A stretch of DNA of 50,102 bases, filler included, from Catajapyx aquilonaris (GCA_000934665.2; 3 parts of 3 records of this genome joined end to end with filler, not necessarily neighbours in it), one strand, 5' to 3'. Positions 23,020-35,409 are shown, numbered from the whole stretch's first letter. The notes: generated from the letters alone by a model not told the origin. Program-made: numbers and translations.

Positions 23020-26000
23020 CATGGATCGGGGCTCTCCGCAAGGGAGCAGCTTGGACCGACGCTGTAGATTGTGGCCATGAACCGCCGGTTCAACTTGTTC
23101 CGGGACTTGGACGCTACCCGGTACCATCCACAGGCCTGTGCGGATGACCGGGTGGTGGTCTTGGAGGGATCCACACCGGAGGAGTTGAAGAGGCTCTGGG
23201 AGCAGGGGTGTCATCCTGAAAGCGACGCAGGCTATCTTGCCGATGCTGTTATATTCGGGTCGGAGGTGTGGGGAAGAGGTGCCTCGGCTCTGGGCGTCCA
23301 AAAACACCTGCGGAGGCCCTTACGTCCTTTTCTGCTCGCCATGACCCGCACTTATCGGACAGCACCGACGAACGCGCTCTTCGCTCTGGCGGGCTTGGTT
23401 CCCCCGGACATCCTGGCGCGGACGGCATGGGCGGCGAGACAGCAACTTCTCAAACAGTTGGAGGATGGCATGACACCCCCTCCGGTGGCTCCTGGAACGC
23501 CGCCGGCGCCTCGGACTTGGCACGTACAGGATGGATGTCCCGTCGTGGGAAGGATGGCCAGTCGACGCTGGGACGGTGATGTTCACGGTTGGATCCGTCA
23601 TGAGCCATGGAGCCGGAGGAGCGATGGTGAGGAACCTCCCATTCGTCCGGGACACGTGCATTTTCGACATCGAACTGTAGATGGTGGTGCGAGGGGCGGG
23701 ACTGGACGGAGACAGCCGTACCTGGGTCTTCTCGGACTCATCTTCGCCAACCCTTGGGCCTCGCAGCCGGCGAGTCGGTGTCTCGCGTACAGTACGTGGG
23801 TCGCGTACGTGGACGAGGGAGTACCTCCCGTACGTGGTCATCGGCCAGACCTGGAGAGAACACGTCGCCCAATGGTCGAGTCATGACCCTATGACGGCTT
23901 GGGTTCGATTCGAAGGAAGGGACTTACGTATGTAGTGATGATATAGGCCCTATCTGGGGCCCATGGTTTAAGGTCCTACAGTGTCTGGAATAACCATCGT
24001 CAATATCTGACTGACTAAGCACATGCGGAGGAAACACATCGCGCTAGAGGAGACTAATTGAAGAGCTCATTTGCGAAACTACCTATTGACTTAGGTAGTT
24101 TTGCGAACGACCTCTTAAATTTTGCAAGCATATGTGGAGGAAACGCCTGGTTCAAGAGGAGATTGGCCGTGGTGCATACTCCCAGGTACATCAAACAGGT
24201 TCCATCAAACTGTCTCCGCCATCGTGGCGATCCGTATAGCACACTCTCCTCGCACCTGGGCCTCTTCTCGCCCCCTGACTCGACAGCCCAGCGTCTCGAA
24301 GGGTAGTCCGTGTACACCTTGGTAGGTAGTCCGAGGGTAGTCCGGGTAGTCCGTGTACGCAAAAAATATAAGTGAATAACCCCTATTCCAGACTGTATTG
24401 CGCAACCTTCCCCCACACTCTGTGCAGTACTTTTCGACCCTCAGCTTCTCTTCCAGGCCCAGCCAGCTCTTCCAAACCAGGATAACCTTTTCCCCTCAGC
24501 AAGAGATTCCCCATCTCTTGACGCTTCTTTCTCTGACCCAGGCAGCCTATCTGTCAACCAGACTGGCCGCAACTGACTTCTGGAGCTGTCACCTCTCGCT
24601 GTGCCCCCAATCTAACCCCATGATTCCTTCCTGTCTGGTACTATTCGGCCCTCACCTGCCTCTGGACCACCAAAACGTCCCTCAATGGGATGATACCTGC
24701 GGCATCCACGTTCTCTGCTGCGGAACCACTAACTCGTCTAGCTCTGCCCTGGCTGGCCCCACACCCGGATGCTCCAATGTTCCTTCTCGGAAGCCCGCCT
24801 CGGCTATCGTGTGGCAACCGCACCTACCTCCTCAGTTGCTTCTCTCCAACAGTTCACTTGGTGTGGATGTGGTGGGACTGGCGATCACATTCCAAATGGA
24901 TTGATGGTGGGAACTTGTTGTGGTGTCCTCCCGCCCCCAGCGGTAAAAGCCCTCTTCAAGATTGTCAATCTCTCTTCCACTTCCCGCTTATGTGCCTTCA
25001 TCTCTCGAGCCCCTGACTTTCTACCACCACGGCTGTCTGCACCTGTGCCAACTTCTCTCCCAAGTTCCGGAGTCTTGCCTGCAGCTGCACAATCTGGGCT
25101 CTGACACAATGCTGGTAAGTAGCCATCTCAGCCCCCCTGGCTTCCCTGGCACTCAGTGTTTTAGGAGACCTATTTCTCCGGAGTCCTCATCTCACTATCT
25201 GGTCTCGGTCCTTCGACCAAGTCCCTCCGACTTCCCCCACTTGTCAGAGTTCCATCTTCCTCTGGACCAACTGTATGGTTACAAGGTAATTCCACGCTGG
25301 AAGAGTTGCTATCCAAAAATGAAGTCGTGCATAGTGAGGTGGCTACACACTATAACATCAGATCATTATGTTATTTCGTTCAGATGAAGAAGGCTTAGCA
25401 ATGTTCTGCTACCAGATAGCAGCAGAGCCATGGAATAGTCGAGATATAATAGTAGTAACTGATGCAACTTCGTAAGGTTTGTTGCGTCTGTCAGTTTAAT
25501 CGTAATTTCTCCTGATGGTATGAATATGAACAGACGTGATCGAAAGTAATCACAAAATTGCTCCTGAGGACTAGATTGCATATCAGTTGTAACATTACTT
25601 CTAAACACATTCAGCTCACAGGGTTTCGCATCATTACAGCACCCCCCCCCCCCNCCCCCCAAAGCGCTTGTCTTTTTCGTGTTACGTCAGTTATATTACA
25701 TTAATATTTTACAGAGTCCATTCAAACTACTGTTGCGAAATTATAAAAATGTCAATAAACTACCAGGAGGCAGCCACATGGGAATAATATTATATTCCAT
25801 TTCCATTTCCATTTTCCATTGCAATAAATATCAATACAGTGTGAATCCTGTCCACGGACGCGTCACTTGCAGTGGAATTGCGCTACACAGTCCCGACACC
25901 TTCTGACACCAATGACGAGGCTGCTGCCTGCATGTAGCAAGCGACCACCACAGAATAACTTTCGGGGATAACCCAAGCCCTCAAAGCTCATTCATTTTCA

Positions 26001-27279
26001 TATGGAATGAGCCCAGCCTGTCCTAATTATATCTGAACTAACCTACTGTTTGATTCATTTCACTTGCAACATATGTCTCGTCTCCATCCAAGATGTCACT
26101 GGACAGTCGCTCAAAGTTTCACAGCACATTTCACCATAAAAACCTGCAAATGGGCCATAAACATGATTGAAATCTGACTATAGTCTATGACACAAAATAT
26201 CACTTCATTTCTCTGAGTAAAGAGTCAGAATTTCAGACTTTCACCAAGTCTTATTTGTGACACACCTTGTAGGTTATGGAATAATGCTGGCACACCACTA
26301 CCGGTGTCACAATCGATGACAATAATTATTTGGAGAGAGCTATGACGTGTGTTGCAAGTGCAATGAATCGGACAGTATATGTATAGCAGAGTAACCTGTT
26401 CTTCGCGCAGGAAGGTCTCTGGAGAAAAAAATAGTCAACTACCAATGGAGTAATTTCGAGATACAGTACTTGATCATGTGTACGTACATGGCAATAATGA
26501 GGAGCTTTCTGGTAAAAGTGATCATGTCAAAAAAGAAAAATTTTCAGGAGAGACCTTTTTCTATACACCATGTTGGCATTGATTAATTTTTGAAAATACA
26601 GAATCGGATTGAAATCAGTGACTAGAGGGCTATTGACGTAACAGTTTCAATTTACAACAAAATTGAAAATACCTTCAATAATAAATAATGAAAATTTCTT
26701 ACCTCAAGTGGTCATGTCAGCTTATCCACGGCAAGCAATCACATTGCTCTTTTCTGTACTTTCAGTGAACAAAAAGAAGTGAATCTGAATATTTATTGAT
26801 ATGATTCCACATACATATGATGGAGTCAAAAAATAACGACATTCCTACACTGTCACACTGAAGAGAGTCAGAATATACTATTACACAATATCGGCAGTGT
26901 CTGCTGCATCAAGGACAGTGTTTTGCCTAACACTGCTACTGACATGACCAGTTTTGCTGGGAACCTCATAATTTGACATGACTACTTTTGCTTTAAAAGT
27001 GTAACATCACCATTTATTTCTTCAGTGACTTGACCACTTTTCATTGTGACGATAAAGGCAATTATTGAAAGAGGGCTGGAAGAAGTATTATTTCCACCCA
27101 AATCCTGAAAATAGAATTTTTTTTGACATGGCCACTTTTGCCGGAAGGCTCTATTCTAATTCTTGTTCAATTTTTCATTTTGTCGGCAATGTCCTCGTGC
27201 GATAAATTTCTTAACAGATTCTAATGTGGGGTTGTCTAGGTCACTTTTTTCACTCTTACCACCCTCATTCATCCTGCCT

Positions 27280-27850
27280 CGCTAAACCCAAAGGGAAACT
27301 CTTTGCAATTTTTGTTGATCTCTCCCAAGACTGTACCTCTATCCCACACGACCTCTTCTTTGATGAACTGCGTACCTCTTGGGGTCAGCCATTCCGTTAT
27401 TACTCTTTAATGGGATTTTTACACGTTTTTTGTGATTGCGGATTTCAACCCATCCCTGTCACTTAAATTATTATCGTGTGAGCCTCTTAGGCCCGATCCT
27501 ATTTAATTAATTCCTTTAGGACTTAGAATCTTATCTCCTTAGCAATGGAGCTCCAGGGGTGCACTTTGGTCCCGACACAACTGAGATATATCAACATTGT
27601 TCTAGCAGATGATGTAGACAACTGCCTAATCATCAATTTTAAAAAGACTAATGTTATGTAATTTTAAAAGGCAGGCACTTGTCCTATAAGGTATCCTTTT
27701 TTGGGGATGAATTCCTGCTGCTTTGCACCAGGGTTTACACTTACCTGGGGGTCCCAATAATGTCCACTAGAAAATTTTTGTGGACGGGTAATCACTTTAA
27801 ATGGAAAGCATTAGCTGCAATTAACAGTTTATGGCCTGTTTAACCCTTTG
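27280..27850 (+). mobile_element. Highly degenerate LINE RT fragment
   Basis: KGKLFAIFVDLS...IPHDL, LGPILFN, LADD, NFKKTNVM, YLGVPI in broken frames. Confidence 0.6.
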
Positions 27851-27970
27851 AGACAGCTCGTTAGATGCTAATGCGTTTCCCTTTGAAAAGTCATGTGACA
27901 TGGTCACTGGGAATCAGTTAGGCAGGAAAAAAATACAGTATAACAATGGGATTCCTTACATACTTGTGCA

Positions 27971-28578
27971 CGAGGGCCATGCTAAAATGATTTACAATTA
28001 ATTTTTTTCCCACAAATACAGTGCCCGTACAGGTCGGCAGATAGTCACACATTATAGATAGAATCCTACTGGAGCTGAATGAACAGGAGCCATGGGTGTG
28101 GCAACCTTTCCAGCCCCTCCAGGATCCATTTTTTGGAGGTTCGGTGCACCCCCTCCCGGACACCTGCTTACAATCAACAATGTCCTCGAAATTGCATCAG
28201 CGAAGGAGTTTTTTTCATGGATCTGAACAGGTGCAAGTCACTGGCGGCCACGCCGGGTGAGTGCAGTGGAAGAATAAGCACCCAAACCCAGATCCATGAA
28301 AAGAATAACCTTCGCAGATGCCATTTCGAGGACACCGTTGACAGTTGTTGATTGTGCACAGTTGTCCGGTAATGGGTGTGTCTCACCCAAAGAGCTTAGG
28401 TCTCACCTCGAAAAAGTGGTTCCCGGAGGGCCTGGAGAGGTTGACACACATGTGGTGGTAGTGCATTCAGCTGCAGGAAGACTCTATCTATAATGTGTGA
28501 CTGTCTGCCGACCTGTGCGGGCACTGTAGTTGTGGCAAAAAAATAATTAAATTGTATATAATTTTAGTACGGCCCTCG
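27971..28578 (-). mobile_element. Internally deleted mariner transposon
   Basis: Inverted ends cgagggcc...ggccctcg|TA with diverged arms of about 110 bp; minus-strand HSPGVAASDLHLFRSMK resembles mariner YSPDLAPSDYHLF. Confidence 0.75.
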
Positions 28579-28589
28579 TACGCTAGTTC

Positions 28590-28759
28590 AGGTGCGTTAG
28601 CATGTGAGCAATTCGATCGTGTGATGTCATCTCCGAGCGACGAATCCAATAATTGATTGGGGCGAAAATCTATTGTTATTTTCACCCCAAACAATTGGAT
28701 TCATCGCTCAGCGATGACATCACGTCTTCGATCAAATCCCTCACATGTAAAGGCACCTT
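28590..28759. mobile_element. Diverged palindromic MITE (Harbinger-like)
   Basis: aggtgcgttagcatgtgag...ctcacatgtaaaggcacct; internal gtgatgtcatc/gatgacatcac and ttggggcgaaaat/attttcaccccaa. Confidence 0.65.
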
Positions 28760-29195
28760 TATGAGGTCTTTTCATCTTGCCATCACCACAGCACATTGAG
28801 CAAATCTTTGAAAACAGTAACAAATAATGGTGAAGAACTGTCACTCTGTAGCATACATATTTAAAAAAAATAACAAATCAGTGGCAGAGTGCAACATTGC
28901 CTGTAGAGCATGGCCACCTGAATCTTCTGCAGCCATTGTTGTGCCATTATTGTCTCCCAACAATGTACCCGAATGGAAACACCTGTAATATTACAAGTTG
29001 TTGGCTTTAGAAAAACAAGTTACTGCCCGTTTCCATTTTGCCCTGAACCGATAAACTGTTCTGAATGAGAAAATGGCACAATTACTTACCTAAGGCTTCG
29101 ATGTACAGGGTGTTCCACAGGTTCTGGAACCATAATATTGTTGTAGTGTATGGTTACTATGGTTACTTATGCATGTGTATAATGGTAACCATATA

Positions 29196-30139
29196 CAGAG
29201 GTTGGGCAGAGTAATGGGGGGGGGGGCCTGCAAAAAGGAGTTGAAATTTTGCGTATGTTTTATTAGAAAACTTGAAAAGTTACAAAGGTGACTTTTACCA
29301 GGTTTTGAAGCTCTGTCGATGTGCATTTGTGGAGGCATGCAGACAACGCAATAATCACGAGAAGAGGAGAGAAACAAAGATGAACGCCCCCCTACCCACC
29401 CAAGATGCCATTTTTGACCAAGTGTCCCACCCTTTTCATTTGAAAACGAAACCAGTTACAGATATGAACTTGACTGATGGGGTTTGAACCTCTATCGATG
29501 TCACTTTGAGCGGTATAGAGATGGACCAAAACTACTGTCAGGGGGCCTGGGGGGGAAATAGAAACGACACGCACCCTCCTTCCCCGGAACTGCTTGAATG
29601 AAAACAATGTAAAATTGCTGTCCCACTGCTATTTAATGCTAACTTAGCCGTACCAGTGCCAAATATGGTACTGGTACATTAGTAGTAACTAGCAATGGGA
29701 CGAAAATTCGACCCAAATTTACTACGCATTATTTTGTCCAACCTCTTCACAGATTTAGTGCCGGGGAAGGGGGGTGACGTTTCTATTTCCCCCCCCCCCC
29801 CCTCTCCCTGTCGGTAATTTTGGAGCATCTCTATACGGCACAAAGTGACATCGATAGAGCTTCAAACCTTCATTTCTGTAACAGTACTGTTTTCGTTTTC
29901 AAATGAAAAAAGGGTTGGACACTCTGGTCAAAAATGGGGCCTGGAGGGTATCGTTCGTCTTTTGTTTCTCCCCACTCTCGTGATTTTTGCGTCATCTGCA
30001 TGCCTCGACAAATGTACATCAATAGAGCTTCAAAACTATTTCAAAGGTCATCTTTGTAACTTTTCCAATTTTCCGATAAACCAGACGCGAAGTTTCAACT
30101 GCTTTAAGCAGGTGGGCCTATTATTCTGTCCAACCCCTG
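29196..30139. mobile_element. Non-autonomous Tc1/mariner-superfamily element with long (about 330 bp) diverged inverted arms
   Basis: TA|CAGAGGTTGGGCAGAGTAAT...ATTATTCTGTCCAACCCCTG|TA; ttttgaccaagtgtcc versus ggacactctggtcaaaa. Confidence 0.75.
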
Positions 30140-31391
30140 TACAGCACTACAACAATGTAATAGGAAAGTCCTAGTTTCAGGCTTGAGGGACACGCAGGGG
30201 AAAAAAATCGCACAGACCCGCAGAGCTATTTCCTAAAGAAGTTTCATTATATTCCTCAGAACATGGCTAATTATCTTCTCCATCTTGAGACTAGAGTGAC
30301 CCCCTTTCTCTTGGATTTTTTTCGCATCAATTATTGTAATAATAATCACTCTCCAGACGTTTCCTGAGGATAGGCAATTGAAACTTGCCTTCAGCTCAGC
30401 TTTATTCATTGCCAATGTGGCAGTTCTTTGCGACAGTGCCCGATCTACGCTATCTTGGGCAGGTGTTACTAATTGGGATGCACTTGAATCATCCTTCTCA
30501 ATAGTGGTCTAAAAATATTCATACTTCTGAGTTGCTTACCTCGAACAGGCATTCTCCAACTCACATCATTACAACATTCTTTATACCGTGATATTTTTCC
30601 TTCTCACACGTCAGCACATTAGTACTTTGATTTTCTCCCTCCAGTTAAAATTACACGGCTATTGGCAAACTTGGGACACAATTAGTCCAGTTTTTACCTT
30701 TGAGGCCATAGACTCCATTTTTATTATGAGGCCAGGTGCACCTGGTGCAACATTAAGAAACCATTTACTCATCACCATGTTCTTTAGATTTGTCCCGCAC
30801 CCCCCGTCAGGACAGAGCCCATTTCCTTGTCAACATTATATTGGCGAAAGAGCTATCCTTCAATAACCTATTTCATTTTTTGGAATTGTAACTAAAGGAA
30901 TGGAACTTTGTGATTATGGCCCGTGGTTCTGTCTCTTTCCTTTGTGGTGTGATGTGTCCCTCCATGAGGGATCCGCCTTGTCACTGAGTATGCAACCGGA
31001 GGAGGAAATGGAATGTTGATATTGATTAATGGTTTGGGTTAAGCGCGCTGGGGGGTGGGGGGATGTCATTGGAATTATTGTACAAATCCAAAATTTGCAT
31101 TCTGTGGGGAGATGCACAGGTGCAGCCCACCTTGGAATCATTATGGTACACCCTACAAATACCTATCAACTGGCACCATCACCTGTGGCCAATGCCACAG
31201 GTTCTGCAGGGGGGAATTGAGCAGGGTTGATGATCATTTCTGCTGCCAGTCTTCTTGTATTGTTTTGAAAAGGAGTCATGTTCTTGTTGGTACTGCTTTA
31301 ATACACCCACTTTTTATTTTTTATGTGGCAGTTTGTGTCATGAATGTATGGGAATAATAGCCAAATAATGAAATTCTGCAATCCTGTTATA

Positions 31392-32293
31392 ATATGTGAT
31401 AAGATTTGTGTAAAGCTGTGAGCAGTATTTTTTTCATTTTTTTAATGTTAGGAAAGAAGTTTTGAGATGAAAATTTAGTAAGAAAAGTATGAGCGAGTAT
31501 CGTTGTGAGTTATTGAGTGATGAAAATGTGAGCTATGGAAATGATGAGACATGCTGAGTCTTAAGCAAAAAAATGTCAATTTTATTTTTATTTGGCCATT
31601 TCAAGTGTATAGTAGTAAGAGCCAAATCATGAATATGTGATAAGATGTGCAAAGCTGTGAGCAGTATTTTTTTCATTTTTTTTAATGTTAGGAAAGAAGT
31701 TTTGAGATGAAAATTTAGTAAGAAAAGTACGAGCGAGTATCGTTGTGAGTTATTGAATGATGAAAATGTGAGCTATGGGAATGATGAGACATGCTGAGTC
31801 TTAAGCAAAAAAATGTCAATTTTATTTTTATATTTCTAGTGTATAGTAGTAAGAGCCAAATCATGAATATGTGATAAGATGTGCAAAGCTGTGAGCAGTA
31901 TTTTTTTCATTTTTTTTAATGTTAGGAAAGAAGTTTTGAGATGAAAATTTAGTAAGAAAAGTACGAGCGAGTATCGTTGTGAGTTATTGAATGATGAAAA
32001 TGTGAGCTATGGGAATGATGAGACATGCTGAGTCTTAAGCAAAAAAATGTCAAATTTATTTTTATATTTCAAGTGTATAGTAGTAAGAGCCAAATCATGA
32101 ATATGTGATAAGATGTGCAAAGCTGTGAGCAGTATTTTTTTCATTTTTTTTAAATGTTAGGAAAGAAGTTTTGAGATGAAAATTTAGTAAGAAAAGTATG
32201 AGCGAGTATCGTTGTGAGTTATTGAGTGATGAAAATGTGAGCTATGGAAATGATGAGACAAAAAAAATGTTAATTTTATTTTTATTTGGCCAT
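31392..32293. repeat. Tandem repeat, about 234-bp unit, about 4 copies
   Basis: gccaaatcatgaatatgtg recurs at 31621, 31855 and 32089. Confidence 0.95.
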
Positions 32294-32500
32294 TGCGTGA
32301 ACACAGTGAGACTTATTTACTTGTGAACATAACATGGAGCTTACTTTCTCTGGTTTATCTCGTTTAATCCAGCCTGCAGCCATTTTTGATGAAGAAGGGG
32401 TAAAAAATTGTGGTGCCCTTAATTTGCTGGATGTGTAATTGTATACTATGGACTGTAAAAATATTATATGGAAAAGAAATGAGACAAATAAAGTGCTCGC

Positions 32501-33006
32501 TCAGGAGTTAAGATAATGTACACTTCCATCACTGGCCATGCACATCCTAAGAGCTTGTTGGGAAAGGTGGAGCTCATTGCATGGAGCTCTCACCAGTAGA
32601 TCCATCTCGTCAATGTATTTGCAAATCTGAGCAATGGCCTCCCATGCCTGTCCATGCAATCCAGCCCTTCCTGGTAGAGGGTCCGAGCGTCTTCCATTCT
32701 CCTGGTAACCCATCCAGGGTCAGGGCACGTCCCACACTTGGAGCAGGGGTGTCCTACAAGAGCCACCTGCCCTCGAGGGCAGCGGAGGCACCTTGCGTAG
32801 ATTCGATCTGAGGCGACCAAGTCTTCAAACAAGCCCCAATCCTCCATGCATGCAGGGCAGAGGCAGTTGAACCAATAGCGGGAGCTGAGCGATTTCAGTC
32901 GCTCCGATCGGCGCTTGTGGGTGAAGATGGGACCATAGTTCTCTGCCATCATCTCCCCTTGTTTTATGGGGCGGATGGCACGTATCACTATTAGGTCTGA
33001 TGCATT
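32501..33006 (-). pseudogene. SMYD4: SMYD4-like (SET and MYND domain) terminal exon with apparent frameshift; pseudogene or assembly error
   Basis: IRAIRPIKQGEMMAENYGPIF...RYWFNCLCPACMEDW (SET end and post-SET), then CxxC motifs. The expected C-terminus EAIAQICKYIDEM...LHLSQQALRMCM lies in another frame after about 32643. The 5' acceptor is uncertain (33006 or 32996). Confidence 0.75.
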
Positions 33007-33526
33007 CTTGTGATGAAAAGAAAAGGCATGCTGAGCTGCGGCTCTCTGTTGAGTTACCACCAAAATGACTTACAGAACACAGACAGTGTCATTAAATATG
33101 CTGCGGATCAATAGCAAATATCAATAATTTTTTGGGGCACCTTCAAGAAGTAGCCCTACGTACCCTGAGCATGGTTGAACAATACCAGTGGCATTAACTC
33201 CTCACAAATCTAGGGACTTTAAAATTAACAATGATTCCAAGGAAATGCATTCCTTGCCAACTCCTACCCAATGATCAAGTTGTCACTTGCTTCCAGAACT
33301 AATGTGAGACATCATACGTATGCCTACAGTATCTGTGAATCTAGACATTGCCATTCTGGTTGTCCATAATATTGAGTATGCCTACGTGTCAAATTCTGGC
33401 TCATACCTGCATGAGCTCTAAGTTGAGACAATGGGGAACTAGCCTTCATTTTGGAAACTACATAATAAATTCGCCCATATTTTTTGGATTTTTTTGGCAT
33501 ATTCCGCTTTAAGATATCAGTTCCCG

Positions 33527-33626
33527 NNNNNNNNNNNNNNNNNNNNNNNNNNNNNNNNNNNNNNNNNNNNTTAATTAATTAANNNNNNNNNNNNNNNNNN
33601 NNNNNNNNNNNNNNNNNNNNNNNNNN
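33527..33626. other. Artificial contig linker (44N-TTAATTAATTAA-44N)
   Basis: Identical to 16481-16580. Confidence 0.9.
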
Positions 33627-33721
33627 TAGTGTGAGGGGACTATGTAGAGAAGTGAAAATAAAATAATCCTCCTCTGCTTATTGGTAGTGTCTCGGGGCCA
33701 AAACTTTTTGATATGCCCTCG
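33627..33721 (-). mobile_element. Mariner-like element end truncated by the contig edge
   Basis: Minus-strand TA|CGAGGGCATATCAAAAAGTTTT, similar to the TIR start at 27971/28578. Confidence 0.4.
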
Positions 33722-34570
33722 TAACAGGTTGAATGGAAGCATTCATTCAGACCTCGAATTGCGATGAGTTTCCGCGATTAAGACATTGCGAATGACCCCT
33801 TTCGAGCTCTTGAGGTCAATGGTTGGACTCATTTTTCGAAGGCCAGACATTTCTGCAGACTATTCCACCAGGTTATGGTCATCGTCACCTGCATAAAATT
33901 TTCGCCCCTTGAGAAACCGTCCATTTATTATAAATCTCCCCTCCTTCCATGACAGAAATCGAATTACTGACCGGTGCTTCTGTATATTACCTCCGTTGAA
34001 GGCACGTACTTATGGGAAGGTCAACTTTCCTACTTGTCCTGGATCGTGATTCTCTTATGTCAAGCAACTGGGGGGTAGGTAGAGGAGACCCACCCGAAGC
34101 CTCGGAAATATCCATCTTGTATATATACCTGAAGCGACCTCATGAGGCAGTCCTGACCCACGCATCCCCTGAATCCCATCCCCAATATCAAAATCCAAAC
34201 TCGATATCTTAAGAGCGATAAGGCCTCCGAGGAGACGCGGAGTTGTCACGCCTGCAGTATATTTCAGATGTATACCTTGTATCATATGCAAGATGTAACA
34301 ATTCCGAGTCTTCGCAAGGGCTTTATCGCATAATTGTAGCATTTGTGTTGGGCTTAAGATAAGGCAGTGGATCAGGACTGCCAATGAGGATGGTTCAGGT
34401 GCAGGCTACTAACAACTTAATGAGTGCGTATATTCGGTTGATTGCCTCACTCTCGTTTGAATCACCCTCTCAGTTTGAAATAATATCTGTGAGAATATTA
34501 TTAGCATGAATGCAATCCTTCTTATGGTCACTAGATAAATACAAGCCGAGATTATAATGAGCGACATTGA

Positions 34571-34799
34571 CCATGGAACCGTGTCGTGGGGTCTTTTAGG
34601 ACCCCAAAGGAATTAAAATGCATTAAAATGATAATTACTATGAACTTTTTCCATTTAAAAAAAGTATATAACAGGAAGTGCACGTTTATTTTCAAAAAAT
34701 GATTGCATATTATAGTCAATACATGGAAAACTATTATATAAAAATTACTAAAAATTAAAATACGGATGGGGTCCTAAAACCCACGTCACGGTTCCAGGG
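34571..34799. mobile_element. piggyBac-like MITE
   Basis: ttga|ccatggaaccgtgtcgtgggg...cccacgtcacggttccaggg|ttaa. Confidence 0.65.
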
Positions 34800-34987
34800 T
34801 TAACAAATTATGAGTATCACCTCTTATCGTCAGTGAAGTTCCCGTCACAGCACAATAACGGTATCATTATGTGCGGAGAAGTCAAATAAATGGCATGTTT
34901 TAAAGTCCACCCAGATATAAGTAGCGAGATATAAAAGCGAGGTTGCAAAACAATGACAACCAAACACCTCGGGTCGCGCGCAATGAA

Positions 34988-35059
34988 AAGCCTCACCGAG
35001 TTTCGAACTCGGACAGCTGGATTCAAAGTCCAGAGTGCTAATAATTACACCATGGGACC
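34988..35059 (-). pseudogene. tRNA-Gln(TTG), probably a pseudogene
   Basis: GGTCCCATGGTGTAATTATTAGCACTCTGGACTTTGAATCCAGCTGTCCGAGTTCGAAACTCGGTGAGGCTT. D, anticodon and T stems are intact. The D-loop GG is replaced by TA, and the acceptor stem has one mismatch and two G-U pairs. Confidence 0.8.
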
Positions 35060-35409
35060 TTTTTGTCAGCAACCCTTACCCCCTCCTCCACCACCCTTGC
35101 TCCCTAAGCCATGACCTACTCAAACTGATGTACAATTACGATAAATATTTGTAAATTTTTTTCTTTGGAAAAAATGTTTTATTTATTTTTTTAATTTACG
35201 AACGAGGCCACGCTTCTTCAGGACTTCCTTCTTTTCCCAGACAAAAAACCATTCTTCATTATTCTGAAAATTTTGATAGTGTGACAACATGCGATGAAGC
35301 AAAACTGCTATGCCAGCCGTAGATCAAAGAGCGCGCCTTGCACCTTCACTTGGAACCTCACAAGAGTGTCCACCCCCAGGATTTAGTAGGTGTAAACGTA
35401 TGCACTTAC

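Larger units (their letters stand above)
20660..23935 (+). mobile_element. Decayed, internally deleted and partly duplicated R1-like non-LTR retrotransposon (RT plus RNase H)
   Basis: QFGFR, MDVRNAFNSV, RGCPQGSSLGPTL, AYADD, FGSEVW, TYRTAPTNAL, and RNase H motifs IFTDGS and WVRAH...GNELAD; stops and frameshifts. Confidence 0.8.

Noticed and set aside
24150..24265. HDV-like ribozyme on the minus strand
   Set aside because: P1/P2-like crossing and CCAA before P2' are present, but there is no P3/L3 next to P1' and no clear P4
33074..33205. Upstream SMYD4 exon (PLVLFNHA, GTAAGT at 33068-33073)
   Set aside because: Lacks NHSC/NHDC, and an in-frame stop precedes the donor
33730..34450. Possible CR1/L2 RT remnant on the minus strand
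   Set aside because: Only faint motif echoes (SLDF, FYAGD); too degraded to support
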